A stretch of DNA of 64,000 nucleotides from a bacterium (GCA_963662285.2 CAXXMV010000008.1:832001-896000); one strand, 5' to 3'. Shown: positions 1-9,976, numbered from the stretch's first letter. Notes: generated by a model from the letters alone, not told the origin. Numbers and translations are program-made.

Positions 1-1084
1 CAGCTATAATCGATGCTTTGCCATATCCAAAGGCCTCAACATATCCGCCGAGATTCTTGATGCGTCCGCTGAAGGCCGGATTGCGCGTCCTCGAACCTCC
101 TCCGGTCAGAGTCTCGCGGAATCCCCGGTCCTGCTGATCGACCATGCCCCGCCCCAGCGTTCCGTATAGTTCGATTTCCTGATTGACGGCGCCGTCAAAA
201 TCGCGTGGATTGATCCAATTATTGTGATACTCGCCATACATGCCATCGGTATAGGTTACGCCAACCGACATAGCATCCCAGGTCATAATATCCTCATGGT
301 TGGAAAACTCATCCACCGGACGCCCTTCTTTTTCAGCGATTATCTGAAAATACTCGCCCCAATTCGCCAACAGGTTCTTTTGCCCGACGGCATGCAAACT
401 GGCTGGAATAACGCCTAAATAATGATCGACCACATCCAACCAATGGCATCCCACATAAGTAAATGGATTGGAATCTTCGGCCCATTTGAAGATTTCGGTA
501 GATACATCGATAGGCTCTTCTAGACAGGCGCGCACCCGGTTGATTACGCCGTATTTTTCCCTGGCGTGAGTCATCATATCCCGCACGAATGGATCATAGC
601 GTTTATGCATATCAGCGGACACGATTACATTCTTCGCTTCCGCAAGAGCAATGATCTCATCTATCTCAGAAGTTTTTAGGCAAACCGGCTTTTCTGTAAT
701 AACATGAACGCCCCGCTCAATGGCGGCCAGTATTGGCGCCACATGCAGATGGTCGGGAGTCGCTACGAACAGAATATCCGGTTCACACTCATCCAGCATG
801 TCGACCCAAACATCTTCACCATAATATGCTTTAACGTCGGAATTAGTGAATTCCTGCTTGAACCATTCGACGATGCGGTCGGCGCTTCCGGTTTCGGGGC
901 TATGCGTACCAACTGCAACAAAACGGCATTGGATATCAGCCGTCAGCGGCGCGAAGTGACTCATACCGATTGAGGTCAAACCTCCGGCAAAGCCGCCCCG
1001 CTCAAAATCTTTCAAGGTCTGACCAATGATCTCTTCAAAGAACATTCCGCCGCCAACAACCGCGATTTTCAATTCCCGCACCAT
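1..1084 (-). CDS. Gfo/Idh/MocA family NAD(P)-dependent oxidoreductase, 3' end cut by the window edge
   Basis: Not in the ORF track. Hand translation from ATG at 1084 gives MVRELKIAVVGGGMFF..., then ILFVATPDHLH and HVITEKP, which are family signatures. Confidence 0.85.
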   Translation of the reverse strand, partial: MVRELKIAVVGGGMFFEEIIGQTLKDFERGGFAGGLTSIGMSHFAPLTADIQCRFVAVGTHSPETGSADRIVEWFKQEFTNSDVKAYYGEDVWVDMLDECEPDILFVATPDHLHVAPILAAIERGVHVITEKPVCLKTSEIDEIIALAEAKNVIVSADMHKRYDPFVRDMMTHAREKYGVINRVRACLEEPIDVSTEIFKWAEDSNPFTYVGCHWLDVVDHYLGVIPASLHAVGQKNLLANWGEYFQIIAEKEGRPVDEFSNHEDIMTWDAMSVGVTYTDGMYGEYHNNWINPRDFDGAVNQEIELYGTLGRGMVDQQDRGFRETLTGGGSRTRNPAFSGRIKNLGGYVEAFGYGKASIIA

Positions 1085-1217
1085 GAGCCTCACCTTTTAC
1101 TATCAGATTATTCTGCCAACCAGCATATATTTATTTCAAATACTTAGGCATAATATTACTATTACTATTTAGTTAGATCATATATACCTGTCCAGTAATA
1201 CTAAAGGGGATAATTAA

Positions 1218-2171
1218 ATGAAAAACCTTACAAATTCCAACCGCCGATCTTTTTTCAAAGCTTCAGCCATCGGGCTGGCTTATGCAGGACTTAATCAAAG
1301 CGGCGTGGCACATGCTTCTTCTAACCAAAATCCTATCAGGCTGGGGGGTCCCATTCATGAGAAATACAGTTCCCCCGAAGAGTGGGTCGCCGCCGTCAAA
1401 CGGCTTGGTTTCAGCGCCGCCTATTGCCCCATCGACCATCAACAAGGTGATGATGTTGTAAAAGCCTACGCCGATGCAGCCCGTAGGGCTGATATAATCA
1501 TCGCTGAAGTCGGCGCCTGGAGCAATCCCATTGATCCCGACGACGCCAAACGTAACGCAGCCCTGCAAAAATGCAAAAACCAGCTGGCGCTGGCCGACCG
1601 CATCGGCGCAGAATGCTGCGTAAATATCACTGGTTCAGTGGGAGAAAAGTGGGATGGTCATGACCCCGCTAACCTGACTCAGGATACCTTCGATCTGATC
1701 GTAGAGACCACCCGCAATATCATAGATGCAGTAAAACCGACTCGAACCTTTTACACCTTGGAAACCATGCCCTGGGCTTATCCCGATTCAGCCGACTCAT
1801 ATCTGCGCCTGATCAAAGCCATCGACCGCAAACAATGCGCGGCTCATCTTGACCCGGTCAATATTGTCTCCAGCCCGCAACGCTACTATGCCAATGGCGC
1901 CATGATCCGCGAGTGCTTCCAAAAACTAAGTCCATTCCTCAAAAGCTGCCATGCCAAAGATATTCTAATGCAACAGCAATTGACGGTTCACCTGGATGAA
2001 ATACGCCCCGGACTAGGCAATCTGGACTACAAAGTTTTCTTGCAGGAATTAGCCAAACTAAAAGATATACCGCTAATGCTGGAACATCTCAGCACTGCCC
2101 AGGAATATAAACTGGCCGCCGACCACATCCGCTCAGTAGCTAAACAAAACAATATCAAAATTAAAGTATAG
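1218..2171 (+). CDS. Sugar phosphate isomerase/epimerase (xylose isomerase-like TIM barrel) with Tat signal
   Basis: Twin-arginine motif NRRSFFK; metal-ligand pattern LETM...HLD..N...HAKD...LEH. Confidence 0.8.
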   Translation: MKNLTNSNRRSFFKASAIGLAYAGLNQSGVAHASSNQNPIRLGGPIHEKYSSPEEWVAAVKRLGFSAAYCPIDHQQGDDVVKAYADAARRADIIIAEVGAWSNPIDPDDAKRNAALQKCKNQLALADRIGAECCVNITGSVGEKWDGHDPANLTQDTFDLIVETTRNIIDAVKPTRTFYTLETMPWAYPDSADSYLRLIKAIDRKQCAAHLDPVNIVSSPQRYYANGAMIRECFQKLSPFLKSCHAKDILMQQQLTVHLDEIRPGLGNLDYKVFLQELAKLKDIPLMLEHLSTAQEYKLAADHIRSVAKQNNIKIKV

Positions 2172-2230
2172 AGTAGGGTTTAGGTTTGAATAGACGCTTA
2201 TTTCGATGACAGACACCCCTACACGGGGCT

Positions 2231-2331
2231 GGGCGCCAAGGGCAAGACCGCAATGCGGTCAGCCCTTGATGCGATAACCTACGCATCTCAAAACTTCTCC
2301 GGGCGCCAAGGGCAATGTCCCCTATCCCACC
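2231..2331. repeat. REP-like mosaic: family A hairpin plus the left half of a family F hairpin
   Basis: GGGCGCCAAGGGCAAGACCGCAATGCGGTCAGCCCTTGAT...CCTAC; the same block recurs at about 4596-4720. Confidence 0.8.
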
Positions 2332-2389
2332 GGGCTACTCTCCGTACACAAATCTAAAGAGGAGAATGAAACGGGGTACATCATTGATC

Positions 2390-2508
2390 GGGGAGTATCA
2401 TAGAATGGGGAGCATCATAGGATGGGGAGCATCATAGGATGGGGAGCATCATAGGATGGGGAGCATCATAGGATGGGGAGCATCATAGGATGGGGAGCAT
2501 CATAGAAT
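2390..2508 (+). repeat. Tandem repeat, 7 x 17 bp (GGGGAGCATCATAGGAT)
   Basis: Read directly; the array runs into the hairpin GGGAGCATCGGCTTCTAGCCGGT at 2509-2533. Confidence 0.95.
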
Positions 2509-2606
2509 GGGGAGCATCGGCTTCTAGCCGGTGTGTCAAATAGAATAGAATAAGCCCCATTAAGCATAATCATTTCCATGGAGATTGGGGGATGAAAAAT
2601 GAATAA

Positions 2607-2742
2607 CCGATTTGTGTTGTGATGCCGGATCACATGCACATCCTCCTTACGCTATTGGAAATTCCAAACCTTGGATATCATTCGATCACAACAATACTTC
2701 ATATTTGTATGAAGAGAACCGACGGGATTGGCGTACCGGCTA
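2607..2742 (+). pseudogene. REP-associated tyrosine transposase (RAYT / IS200-like Y1 HUH) fragment
   Basis: Translates PICVVMPDHMHILLTLLEIPNLGYHSITTILH, containing the HUH motif (MPDHxH). It lies between inverted hairpins at 2509-2533 and about 2735-2758. Confidence 0.7.
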
Positions 2743-2951
2743 GAAGCCGATGCTTCCCTTTTTGATTCTCTCTGGTTATTGATAGAGTGTTTTTTCAGTT
2801 TATCAGAGGTAGGCGTAATTGCCACTGCTTCAATTTAACAACAATGTGTACGGAGTGTAGCCCCACAGGAGAGGGCCAGGGTGAGGGGGATTTTCAAATT
2901 ACTTATGTTATGCGGACGCCAAGGGCAGTATCCCGGGCGTCCGCTTCATCT

Positions 2952-4538
2952 TTATTGGTTATTAACAATACGGATAGCCAAATCATCAACAAAATCCGGC
3001 GCGCCAAACGCCGCTTTGCCATTACTAATTACAACATTTTTAGAACCGGCCTCACCCGATTTTGGATCAAAAAAATGCGCAGTGTATTTACCGTCAGAGA
3101 AAGGTAAACCGGCCAATTTTATCGGTCCGCCGCGCATATTATACTTGTATCCTTCCATACCTGTTGGAGAAGACATATAAATAATAATCTCTTTTTCAGA
3201 TGATAAAACAAAATTATGTCCTAATGGTGAAATGAAAAAGTTACCCTTAAAATCCAATTCACCATAAGAGATGATTTGGTTAAAGAATTGCCTCAGCAAG
3301 AGAGCATCGTCTTCAAATTTGTTCCAGCCATTGGGATCGTAATTCAGCTTATAACCCGGTTTGTCTTCAGCAGGAAACCATTTCCTGACCCCTTTTGCAT
3401 AAATGTCCATCTGCTGACATTTAACCATCATCATCTTCCATAAGTATTTCCGCAAATGAACGCGCATTTCCGGAATCCGGTAATCCCAACTATGACCCGA
3501 ATCATCCCTCGACTCCTGAGCTACATAAGGTTTCTTATACTTGCTGATCCATTCCCGTGCATTTGCGGTGTGGTGCTGATTGCCAAAGATCATCACATCA
3601 AAATACGGGCGCGAAAACACCCAGTCCATTTCTGAACCCGGCTCTGGAGCGCCCCCGCTCTGGTTAAATGGATATCCCTCCAGATGCCCGCCATCGGTTG
3701 CTAAAATAATTGCCCGGTCAGGATTCAATGTTTTCCACTTAGCGCGTACGGCATGCGCCATCGCCTCGATCCATTGAGATGTCTTGCTCCAATCCGAATA
3801 ATTCATGGCCAGTTCGTGCACCAATTCATAATAGATATTATCTAAATCATACGTTTCTTGAATGATTTTTTCAAAGTAGGCTTTTTGAATATCAAACAGT
3901 TCAGTATTTCCATCCGCTATGGAATGATAAAACTGTAAACGGTTATTTTTATTTTTTTCAGAATTAAGATGATCCGTGCAGGAATTAATATTATTACGGG
4001 GATTAAAAAAATGCCCATCCCAATTATTCTCCGCTATTTTCTTATTGTAATTCCAGAGCTGCCATCCGTTGAACATCAACAGATCGATAATGATCCCTTT
4101 TGATTGGAGATACTCGCATTGCCGCCGAAATCGTTTCCAGTATCTTTCATCAAACCTGGTCAGATCAAACACGCGGCTTCCCGGCTCAGTCTCCTGGAAG
4201 GGGAATAACACATTATCAAGAGAACCGCCGTTTTCCTGAGTGATTATTTCAATATGAGACCAACTGCCCGGCAAATAAGCCCGGCAATGATTCATACCAT
4301 GAGCCGCCTGCCAATCAGCCCATTTTTTATAATCATAAGCATCTTCTGAAGCATAAAACAGGAAATCCGACATGGCGCCAAAAGAGAGCAAAGGTTTCCC
4401 ATGATAGGAAAAATAGACATGCTCCGTCCCGGCTTTTTCCAGCATCAGTCCTTGAGCATTTATATCTCTTAGAGCAAACGTGCAAATGATTAGAGTTAAT
4501 ACAAAATATTTCCAAAGACGTTGAACATAATTCATCAT
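2952..4538 (-). CDS. Secreted glycoside-hydrolase-like TIM-barrel protein (DUF4038/DUF6298-like)
   Basis: Signal peptide after MMNYVQ; motifs FDLTRFDERYWKRF and NIYYELVHE. The ORF-track extension to 4619 runs through repeat DNA and was trimmed. Confidence 0.6.
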   Translation of the reverse strand: MMNYVQRLWKYFVLTLIICTFALRDINAQGLMLEKAGTEHVYFSYHGKPLLSFGAMSDFLFYASEDAYDYKKWADWQAAHGMNHCRAYLPGSWSHIEIITQENGGSLDNVLFPFQETEPGSRVFDLTRFDERYWKRFRRQCEYLQSKGIIIDLLMFNGWQLWNYNKKIAENNWDGHFFNPRNNINSCTDHLNSEKNKNNRLQFYHSIADGNTELFDIQKAYFEKIIQETYDLDNIYYELVHELAMNYSDWSKTSQWIEAMAHAVRAKWKTLNPDRAIILATDGGHLEGYPFNQSGGAPEPGSEMDWVFSRPYFDVMIFGNQHHTANAREWISKYKKPYVAQESRDDSGHSWDYRIPEMRVHLRKYLWKMMMVKCQQMDIYAKGVRKWFPAEDKPGYKLNYDPNGWNKFEDDALLLRQFFNQIISYGELDFKGNFFISPLGHNFVLSSEKEIIIYMSSPTGMEGYKYNMRGGPIKLAGLPFSDGKYTAHFFDPKSGEAGSKNVVISNGKAAFGAPDFVDDLAIRIVNNQ

Positions 4539-4561
4539 AAAATGCTCCCATCCACTTATCG

Positions 4562-4781
4562 TTAGTCGCCAAGGATAATGTCCCCTCTCCCGGCCGGGTG
4601 CCAAGGGCAAGACCGCCATGCGGTCAGCCCTTGATGCGATAACTTACGTATCTCAAAACTTCTCCGAACACCAAGAACAATGTCCCCTCTTCCACCGGGA
4701 GAGAGCTAGGGTGAGGGGAATATACAAACAACTTAAGATGATCCCCAAGTGCAGTGTCCAGCCCTTGATTCAATAACCTAC
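4562..4781. repeat. REP-like mosaic (families A and F)
   Basis: Contains an uninterrupted F hairpin (CCCCTCTTCCACCGGGAGAGAG..AGGGTGAGGGG) and family A copies. The last GTAG overlaps the stop codon of the peroxidase gene. Confidence 0.8.
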
Positions 4782-5368
4782 GATTTCACATATCCCTCAA
4801 GAGCTTTTTCGATAGCTTTAATAATCGTTTCACCGTTTGGATTATCTTTACTGCGGAAACGGCGCAACAACTCGCCTTTTTGCCCGATGAGGAATTTCTC
4901 GAAATTCCACTTGATGGGGCCAATAAAATCGGGATTCTTCTGCGTGGTCAAAAACTTGAACAAAGGCGCTTGATCTTTTCCAACCACCGAAGACTTGGCA
5001 AACATGGGAAAGTTAACCTGGTAATTTTCCTGGCAAAAGAATTTGATTTCCTTGTTGGTTCCCGGTTCCTGTTGGCCGAAATTATTGGCGGGGAATCCCA
5101 GTACCACCAGCCCTTTTTCAGTATAATCCGTGGCTAGTTTAACCAGGTCGGCGTACTGTTTGGTGAAACCGCATTTGGATGCGGTATTAACCAGCAAGAT
5201 AACTTTACCCTTATATTTCTTAAGTGGAACGATTTTACCATCTATATCTTTGACGGTAAAATCGTATAAACTCTGCGGGTTCTCTTTTACTGGGATGGCA
5301 TTCTCGGACGCCATCCCCGATTGAACGGTCAAGGATATTATCGCTAATAAAAGCAGAAAGCGTTTCAT
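4778..5368 (-). CDS. Glutathione peroxidase family protein, Cys type, with signal peptide
   Basis: Motifs VNTASKCGFT, LGFPANNFGQQEPG and IKWNFEKFL. Confidence 0.92.
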   Translation of the reverse strand: MKRFLLLLAIISLTVQSGMASENAIPVKENPQSLYDFTVKDIDGKIVPLKKYKGKVILLVNTASKCGFTKQYADLVKLATDYTEKGLVVLGFPANNFGQQEPGTNKEIKFFCQENYQVNFPMFAKSSVVGKDQAPLFKFLTTQKNPDFIGPIKWNFEKFLIGQKGELLRRFRSKDNPNGETIIKAIEKALEGYVKS

Positions 5369-5434
5369 CAGACCTGCTCCTTAAAAACCGGCGCTACACG
5401 GTTGAAACAGAAGGTTTCTTAATCAACCAAAGAC

Positions 5435-6433
5435 TTACTGCATTTTTATCATTGAGCGCGATGATGGAAACACCTGAGAAGAAGGCCATTCATGCGATGA
5501 AGTAAACTGCTCCGCATTCCATTTCCATGGCACCCTCATGCGATGCCGCAAAACATGAGGCCCCATCGATGGCGATGCGCCGGAAGTTGAAATCTCTAAA
5601 CCGGCTGCGTTATAGAACACTTCCTCAAACTCTTCGCTAACCACAGCCCACTCTTCATCGGTCACGCTGCTGGGTTCCATTGGTGGAAGCGCCAGGCAGT
5701 TTGATCGCACAAGGGATCGATATACTCCATCTTTATTCTTTAACCCTAATTCGAACTCATACTTCTGATTGGGAGCAAGATTCAAATACCAACTGTTAGC
5801 ATCAAGCACCACCGGCGTCTCCTGAATTATGTCGCCTTTTTCATTGAGTACTCTTAAATAAGATTCCGAAACATCAAAATACCACTCGCCTTCTTCGTTG
5901 CAGATCTGGCTGCGCATTGCTTCCGATATCTCCCAATAGAGATAAGCCCAATGCGGATCGCGGGGCAGCGCCCTCATAACGGTTATGCCATATCCACCAG
6001 GCAAATCCGGCCCCTCTTCACCAACCCAGACGCTATCCGGCTCCTTCAGTTTCGGTTTTGCTACAGGTTCCGGCATAACTGCGGATGTTACTGAAGGCAT
6101 CTCAACCGGCGCTTTATTGATAGGTGCAATTTGCGCCCTTTCAGGAAGCGACAATTTTTGGCGTGCGCTTTTCGTATGCTCTGCAACCGTGATGGAAGAT
6201 GGAATCTTATCTAATGCTTCAATAAATTGATTCTCTTTTTTACTCTTCTTTTTCATAGACGATCCTTCTTCCGGCGCATTACTCATAACAGCCAACATAT
6301 CTGATTTTGTAGTAAAAATTCCACGAATGGAATTGAATTGTTTCACCAAACTGCCGAAAGCCGTTTTTATTAAAGAAATAATCTCATCAATAATGGAACT
6401 GCCGGATTCATTAAACGGTTTTTTATCAGTCAT
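5435..6433 (-). CDS. DUF4912 domain protein
   Basis: Motifs LPGGYG...LPRDPHWAYLYWE, SWYL and LVRSN; Ser-rich tail. Confidence 0.8.
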   Translation of the reverse strand: MTDKKPFNESGSSIIDEIISLIKTAFGSLVKQFNSIRGIFTTKSDMLAVMSNAPEEGSSMKKKSKKENQFIEALDKIPSSITVAEHTKSARQKLSLPERAQIAPINKAPVEMPSVTSAVMPEPVAKPKLKEPDSVWVGEEGPDLPGGYGITVMRALPRDPHWAYLYWEISEAMRSQICNEEGEWYFDVSESYLRVLNEKGDIIQETPVVLDANSWYLNLAPNQKYEFELGLKNKDGVYRSLVRSNCLALPPMEPSSVTDEEWAVVSEEFEEVFYNAAGLEISTSGASPSMGPHVLRHRMRVPWKWNAEQFTSSHEWPSSQVFPSSRSMIKMQ

Positions 6434-6518
6434 GATCCTGTTCTCTTTCCTGCTGAATTAATACTTAATTTTCTTAATTCATACATAACGGATTTACTTA
6501 TCACTCTAGTTATTATAC

Positions 6519-6534
6519 TGCAATTTTTATACCA
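6519..6534 (-). promoter_or_regulatory. Putative sigma54 (-24/-12) promoter for the DUF4912 gene
   Basis: The minus strand reads TGGTATAAAAATTGCA, i.e. GG-N10-GC spacing, about 85 bp upstream of the start codon. Confidence 0.6.
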
Positions 6535-6701
6535 GGCTATTATTCATTCGTCATTATCATACTGTCAGCATTTTCAGCACTTAAATTCACAGATTAATTC
6601 TCTACAAGTAAAGGTATATGAATATGTTACGTAAAAACAACATTCAACTGTTCAAGTAATTTATTACAAAAACAGGTCTAATCCTTAATTATATCATATA
6701 C

Positions 6702-6737
6702 AGTTCAAAACGAGACAATCATGTCAATATCGAGACA
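6702..6737. promoter_or_regulatory. Putative tandem binding sites for a sigma54 enhancer-binding protein
   Basis: TGTC-N8-GACA palindrome at 6722-6737 and a degenerate copy AGTT-N8-GACA at 6702-6717, 20 bp apart. Confidence 0.4.
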
Positions 6738-6961
6738 AATCAACCCGCTTTTGAACACTTTTATTATTATTTCATACTCTTCAATTGTATAAAATTCAGT
6801 CTTAAACCGTTATATCAATAACTTGTCATAGCATTTTAGATCGTATATAGTGATGTGAATTTATTCAGTTATAAATTCTTATATTCAGTACTGTTTCACG
6901 CTTATATTTTTTATGTTAAGGAAGGTTTCCCGGTTTGCCGGGCAACCGGATAATTAATTTA

Positions 6962-8098
6962 ATGAAGTGGTACCATTTCCTTTTTATATTCACTCAAGGC
7001 TTCATTCTCTCCTTGTTACTAACTCCGGTTATGCGGCGTATTGCTCCTGTATTTGGCTTTCTGGATCACCCCGGAAACCGGAAAGTACACCACCACCCCA
7101 AACCCTTACTTGGCGGCGCCGCCATTTTCCTGGCCTTCATCACAGTTGTACTGGGCGATTTACTTATACTTAAATACCTATATTCACTAAACTTGCCAAC
7201 TGACAAATGGTTTCTGCAGCAAATCATCTTAATGGCCGCCAACGCCAAAGGCGCCGAAAAAGCTTTAACCCAATTAATCGGCTTCCTTCTTGGCGGCGCG
7301 GTATTATTCATCATCGGCCTGATTGATGACCGCTTTGGCATGTCTCCCCTGCTTAAACTCAGCGGACAGATTATAGCTGCCGTAATCCTCTATTTTGCTG
7401 ATATCAAAATCGGTTTATTCATCAATTATCAACTTATCAATTTCTTCCTCACCCTCTTCTGGATTGTCCTTATCACCAACTCTTTCAACCTTTTAGATAA
7501 CATGGATGGTCTTTCCGGAGGAGTGGCCGCCATCTGCCTCTTTCTTCTGGGAATTTCTACCCAACTGGTCGGAGAACAGTTTTTTATGTCCTCTATATCC
7601 TTTGCGCTGGCTGGATGCATCGTAGGATTCCTCCTTTTCAACATCAATCCATCATCTATCTTCATGGGTGACGCAGGATCATTGTTTATCGGCTATGCAG
7701 TCTCGGCTCTCACTATTCAGGCCACCTTTTATCAATCGGGAACCTTGAGCGGCACCCCTTGGGCGGTGGTAATGCCATTCGTCATCCTGGCCGTGCCGAT
7801 TTTCGATACCCTATCCGTCATTCTCATCCGTGTACGCAATGGTAAACCAATCTATGTGGGCGACAAAAACCATTTTTCCCATAGACTGGTCGCTTTAGGA
7901 ATGAGCCATCGCCGGGCGGTTTTCTTCATCCACCTGATAACTCTCTGCGAAGGAAGCGCCGCTTTGATTCTGGCCATCATCCCCACTTCCTTCGGCGCTT
8001 ATGTGGTTCTAACCCAAACCATCATCTTCTTCATTATCATTTCCATGCTCGAAAACATCCGCAATCATTTCAACAACAATTCACAACCCAACAAGTAG
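6962..8098 (+). CDS. wecA: Undecaprenyl-phosphate GlcNAc-1-phosphate transferase (WecA/TagO type, MraY-like)
   Basis: Motifs RKVH..PKPLLGG, GLIDD, NSFNLLDNMDGL, FMGDAGS and DKNHFSHRL. ATG at 6962 is preferred as start. Confidence 0.85.
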   Translation: MKWYHFLFIFTQGFILSLLLTPVMRRIAPVFGFLDHPGNRKVHHHPKPLLGGAAIFLAFITVVLGDLLILKYLYSLNLPTDKWFLQQIILMAANAKGAEKALTQLIGFLLGGAVLFIIGLIDDRFGMSPLLKLSGQIIAAVILYFADIKIGLFINYQLINFFLTLFWIVLITNSFNLLDNMDGLSGGVAAICLFLLGISTQLVGEQFFMSSISFALAGCIVGFLLFNINPSSIFMGDAGSLFIGYAVSALTIQATFYQSGTLSGTPWAVVMPFVILAVPIFDTLSVILIRVRNGKPIYVGDKNHFSHRLVALGMSHRRAVFFIHLITLCEGSAALILAIIPTSFGAYVVLTQTIIFFIIISMLENIRNHFNNNSQPNK

Positions 8099-8340
8099 GG
8101 TGCGCCCCTTGTGGGCGCCCGAACCTTCCAACACCTAAAAAACAACTATTAGATTTTGATCATAATGCCAATTGAAAAATCTAAGGTTATTGAAAACAAC
8201 CCCCTCTTGAATTCTCCCCCAACTTGGGGAAGAGGGATTTTGAGATATAACCAATTGTATAGTTTCAACTTAGTATTGCAAAAAACCATAGTATCACATT
8301 CCTCTCCCAAGATTGGGAGAGGTTAGGAGAGGGTTGATAG
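8095..8340. repeat. REP-like hairpins: family C at 8095-8121, family E pair at about 8198-8340
   Basis: GTAGGGTGCGCCCCTTGTGGGCGCCC; CCTCTCCCAAGATTGGGAGAGGTTAGGAGAGGGTTG. Confidence 0.75.
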
Positions 8341-8425
8341 CGACCACCCTTGTAAATGAATATCCATACAAAAAACCTCCAGATTTATCATAGTATCGAT
8401 TTTATTAAAAATATTAAAAATATCC

Positions 8426-8483
8426 TTGACAAATATCCTGAGTTATAGTTATATACTTAATTCCTATAGGAATGATCGGATAT
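8426..8483 (+). promoter_or_regulatory. Putative promoter (TTGACA) and Rrf2 operator
   Basis: TTGACA at 8426-8431 with an ambiguous -10. A 25-bp pseudo-palindrome AATTCCTATAGGAATGATCGGATAT (8459-8483) has symmetric CC/GG, as in IscR-type sites. Confidence 0.4.
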
Positions 8484-8506
8484 AGAAAATATTTTAGGTA
8501 TAAGTC

Positions 8507-8959
8507 GTGAAACTATCGACAAGAGCAAGATATTCCATTCGTTTTATGATTTTCCTCGCCGATCATACTGAGGAAAACCGCCCCATCGGCTTAAAGGAAA
8601 TCGCGGAAAAACGCGATCTATCCATGCGTTATCTTGAACAATTGGTGGTTCCTCTGAAAAACGCTTCTTTAATACGGAGCGTGGCGGGAAAATACGGGGG
8701 ATACTTACTTGCCAAAGACGCCAAAGAAATCAAAGTAGGCGAAATTGTCGAAACAGCTATCGGTCCCATCAACCTGATGGACTGCCTGCAACCGGATAAC
8801 GAATGTAAGTATTTAGAAGTTTGCTCCGTAAGGCGCATGTGGGGACTAATCAACACTCGCATAACGGATGTACTTTACGACTATACCCTGGCTGATCTTT
8901 CAGAAAAGAAAATGTGGGAAATGATTGATAAAAAAGATGGACTGCTGCCTTGTCATTAG
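8507..8959 (+). CDS. Rrf2 family transcriptional regulator, probably Fe-S binding
   Basis: MKLSTRARY, YLEQL and G.YGGY.L motifs; three Cys (C-x6-C-x5-C). Confidence 0.92.
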   Translation: MKLSTRARYSIRFMIFLADHTEENRPIGLKEIAEKRDLSMRYLEQLVVPLKNASLIRSVAGKYGGYLLAKDAKEIKVGEIVETAIGPINLMDCLQPDNECKYLEVCSVRRMWGLINTRITDVLYDYTLADLSEKKMWEMIDKKDGLLPCH

Positions 8960-9028
8960 AATCTTATTAATTAAAAACCTTGTAGAAATGATTTATAAAA
9001 CAATTCATAAAAATCAAGGAGAATAAGG

Positions 9029-9976
9029 ATGAGTAGCACGGTATTGCTCCACTTGGTAACCTATGCGGCCATCATTGCCTTTCTATTAGCCGTGGTAATC
9101 CGATTTATTCGAATCAACTCAATGCCCATGCATTTACGTTGGGAACTGTATCCAGTCGCTCATGAGCCAGGAGCAAAAGCCAGGTACGGCGGTTCTCATT
9201 TAGAGGAAATCGATTGGTGGACCAAACCAAAAGAATCCTCCAGAATCAATGAGATGCGCTATATGATCCCGGAAATGCTCTTTCTGGTCGCCTTGTTCGA
9301 GCATAACCGCAAATTATGGCTGCGTTCTTTTCCATTTCATTTTGGACTTTATTTATTATCAGGAACCATCGGTTTTATCTTTTTTGGAGCTATTCTGGAA
9401 CTTGCAGGCATCCCGGTTACCAATGGTGAAAATGCGTCAATCATCGGTATGGGCGTATTCTACCTTACCCAGATCATCGGCGTAATCGGCATGACATTGG
9501 CCGCTTTCGGCAGCATCGGTCTACTGCATATACGACTGACTGATCCCGACTTGAGCGATTACACCTCGGCCAACGCCATTTTCAACCTGGTATTTTTTAT
9601 AGTTGTTCTAATGATCGCCTGGATTACCTTTATCCTTATTGATCCCACATACCAACTGACCAGAGCCTACATACAAAGTCTCGTCACCTTTAACTTCGCC
9701 GCTCCTGTGGAGAGTGCATTGTTAGGGATTGAAATCCTTTTATCCGTCCTGTTAATCGCCTACATCCCCATGACTCACATGTCCCACTTTTTCTTGAAGT
9801 GGTTCACTTATCATAAAATCCGTTGGGATGATGAAGGTTACACTCCAGGCAGTAAATTAGAAAAGAAGATATTCCAACAGGTTCAATATCCGGTTACCTG
9901 GTCCGCCCCACACTTAAAAGCCGATGGTAAAAAGAATTGGCTGGATATCGCCACTGAGGAGATTGATGAAAAATGA
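9029..9976 (+). CDS. NarI/DsrM-like membrane cytochrome b
   Basis: Multiple TM helices; heme-ligand-type His in FPFHFG and THMSHF; HLRWELYPVAHE motif; overlaps the next gene (ATGA). Confidence 0.8.
   Translation: MSSTVLLHLVTYAAIIAFLLAVVIRFIRINSMPMHLRWELYPVAHEPGAKARYGGSHLEEIDWWTKPKESSRINEMRYMIPEMLFLVALFEHNRKLWLRSFPFHFGLYLLSGTIGFIFFGAILELAGIPVTNGENASIIGMGVFYLTQIIGVIGMTLAAFGSIGLLHIRLTDPDLSDYTSANAIFNLVFFIVVLMIAWITFILIDPTYQLTRAYIQSLVTFNFAAPVESALLGIEILLSVLLIAYIPMTHMSHFFLKWFTYHKIRWDDEGYTPGSKLEKKIFQQVQYPVTWSAPHLKADGKKNWLDIATEEIDEK

Larger units (their letters stand above)
2332..2863. mobile_element. Non-autonomous element of about 530 bp with terminal inverted repeats, inserted in a family F hairpin and carrying a RAYT remnant
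   Basis: GGGCTACTCTCCGTACACA (2332-2350) and TGTGTACGGAGTGTAGCCC (2845-2863) are inverted repeats matching 18/19. The flanks rejoin into a CCCTnTCCCACC...GGAGAGGGCCAGGGTGAGGGGG hairpin repeat. Confidence 0.7.

Noticed and set aside
2390-2508. CRISPR array or iterons
   Set aside because: Head-to-tail 17-mers without spacers, no rep or cas gene, and derived from the adjacent hairpin end.
4778-5368. Selenocysteine glutathione peroxidase
   Set aside because: The active site is Cys (ASKCG) and there is no in-frame TGA.
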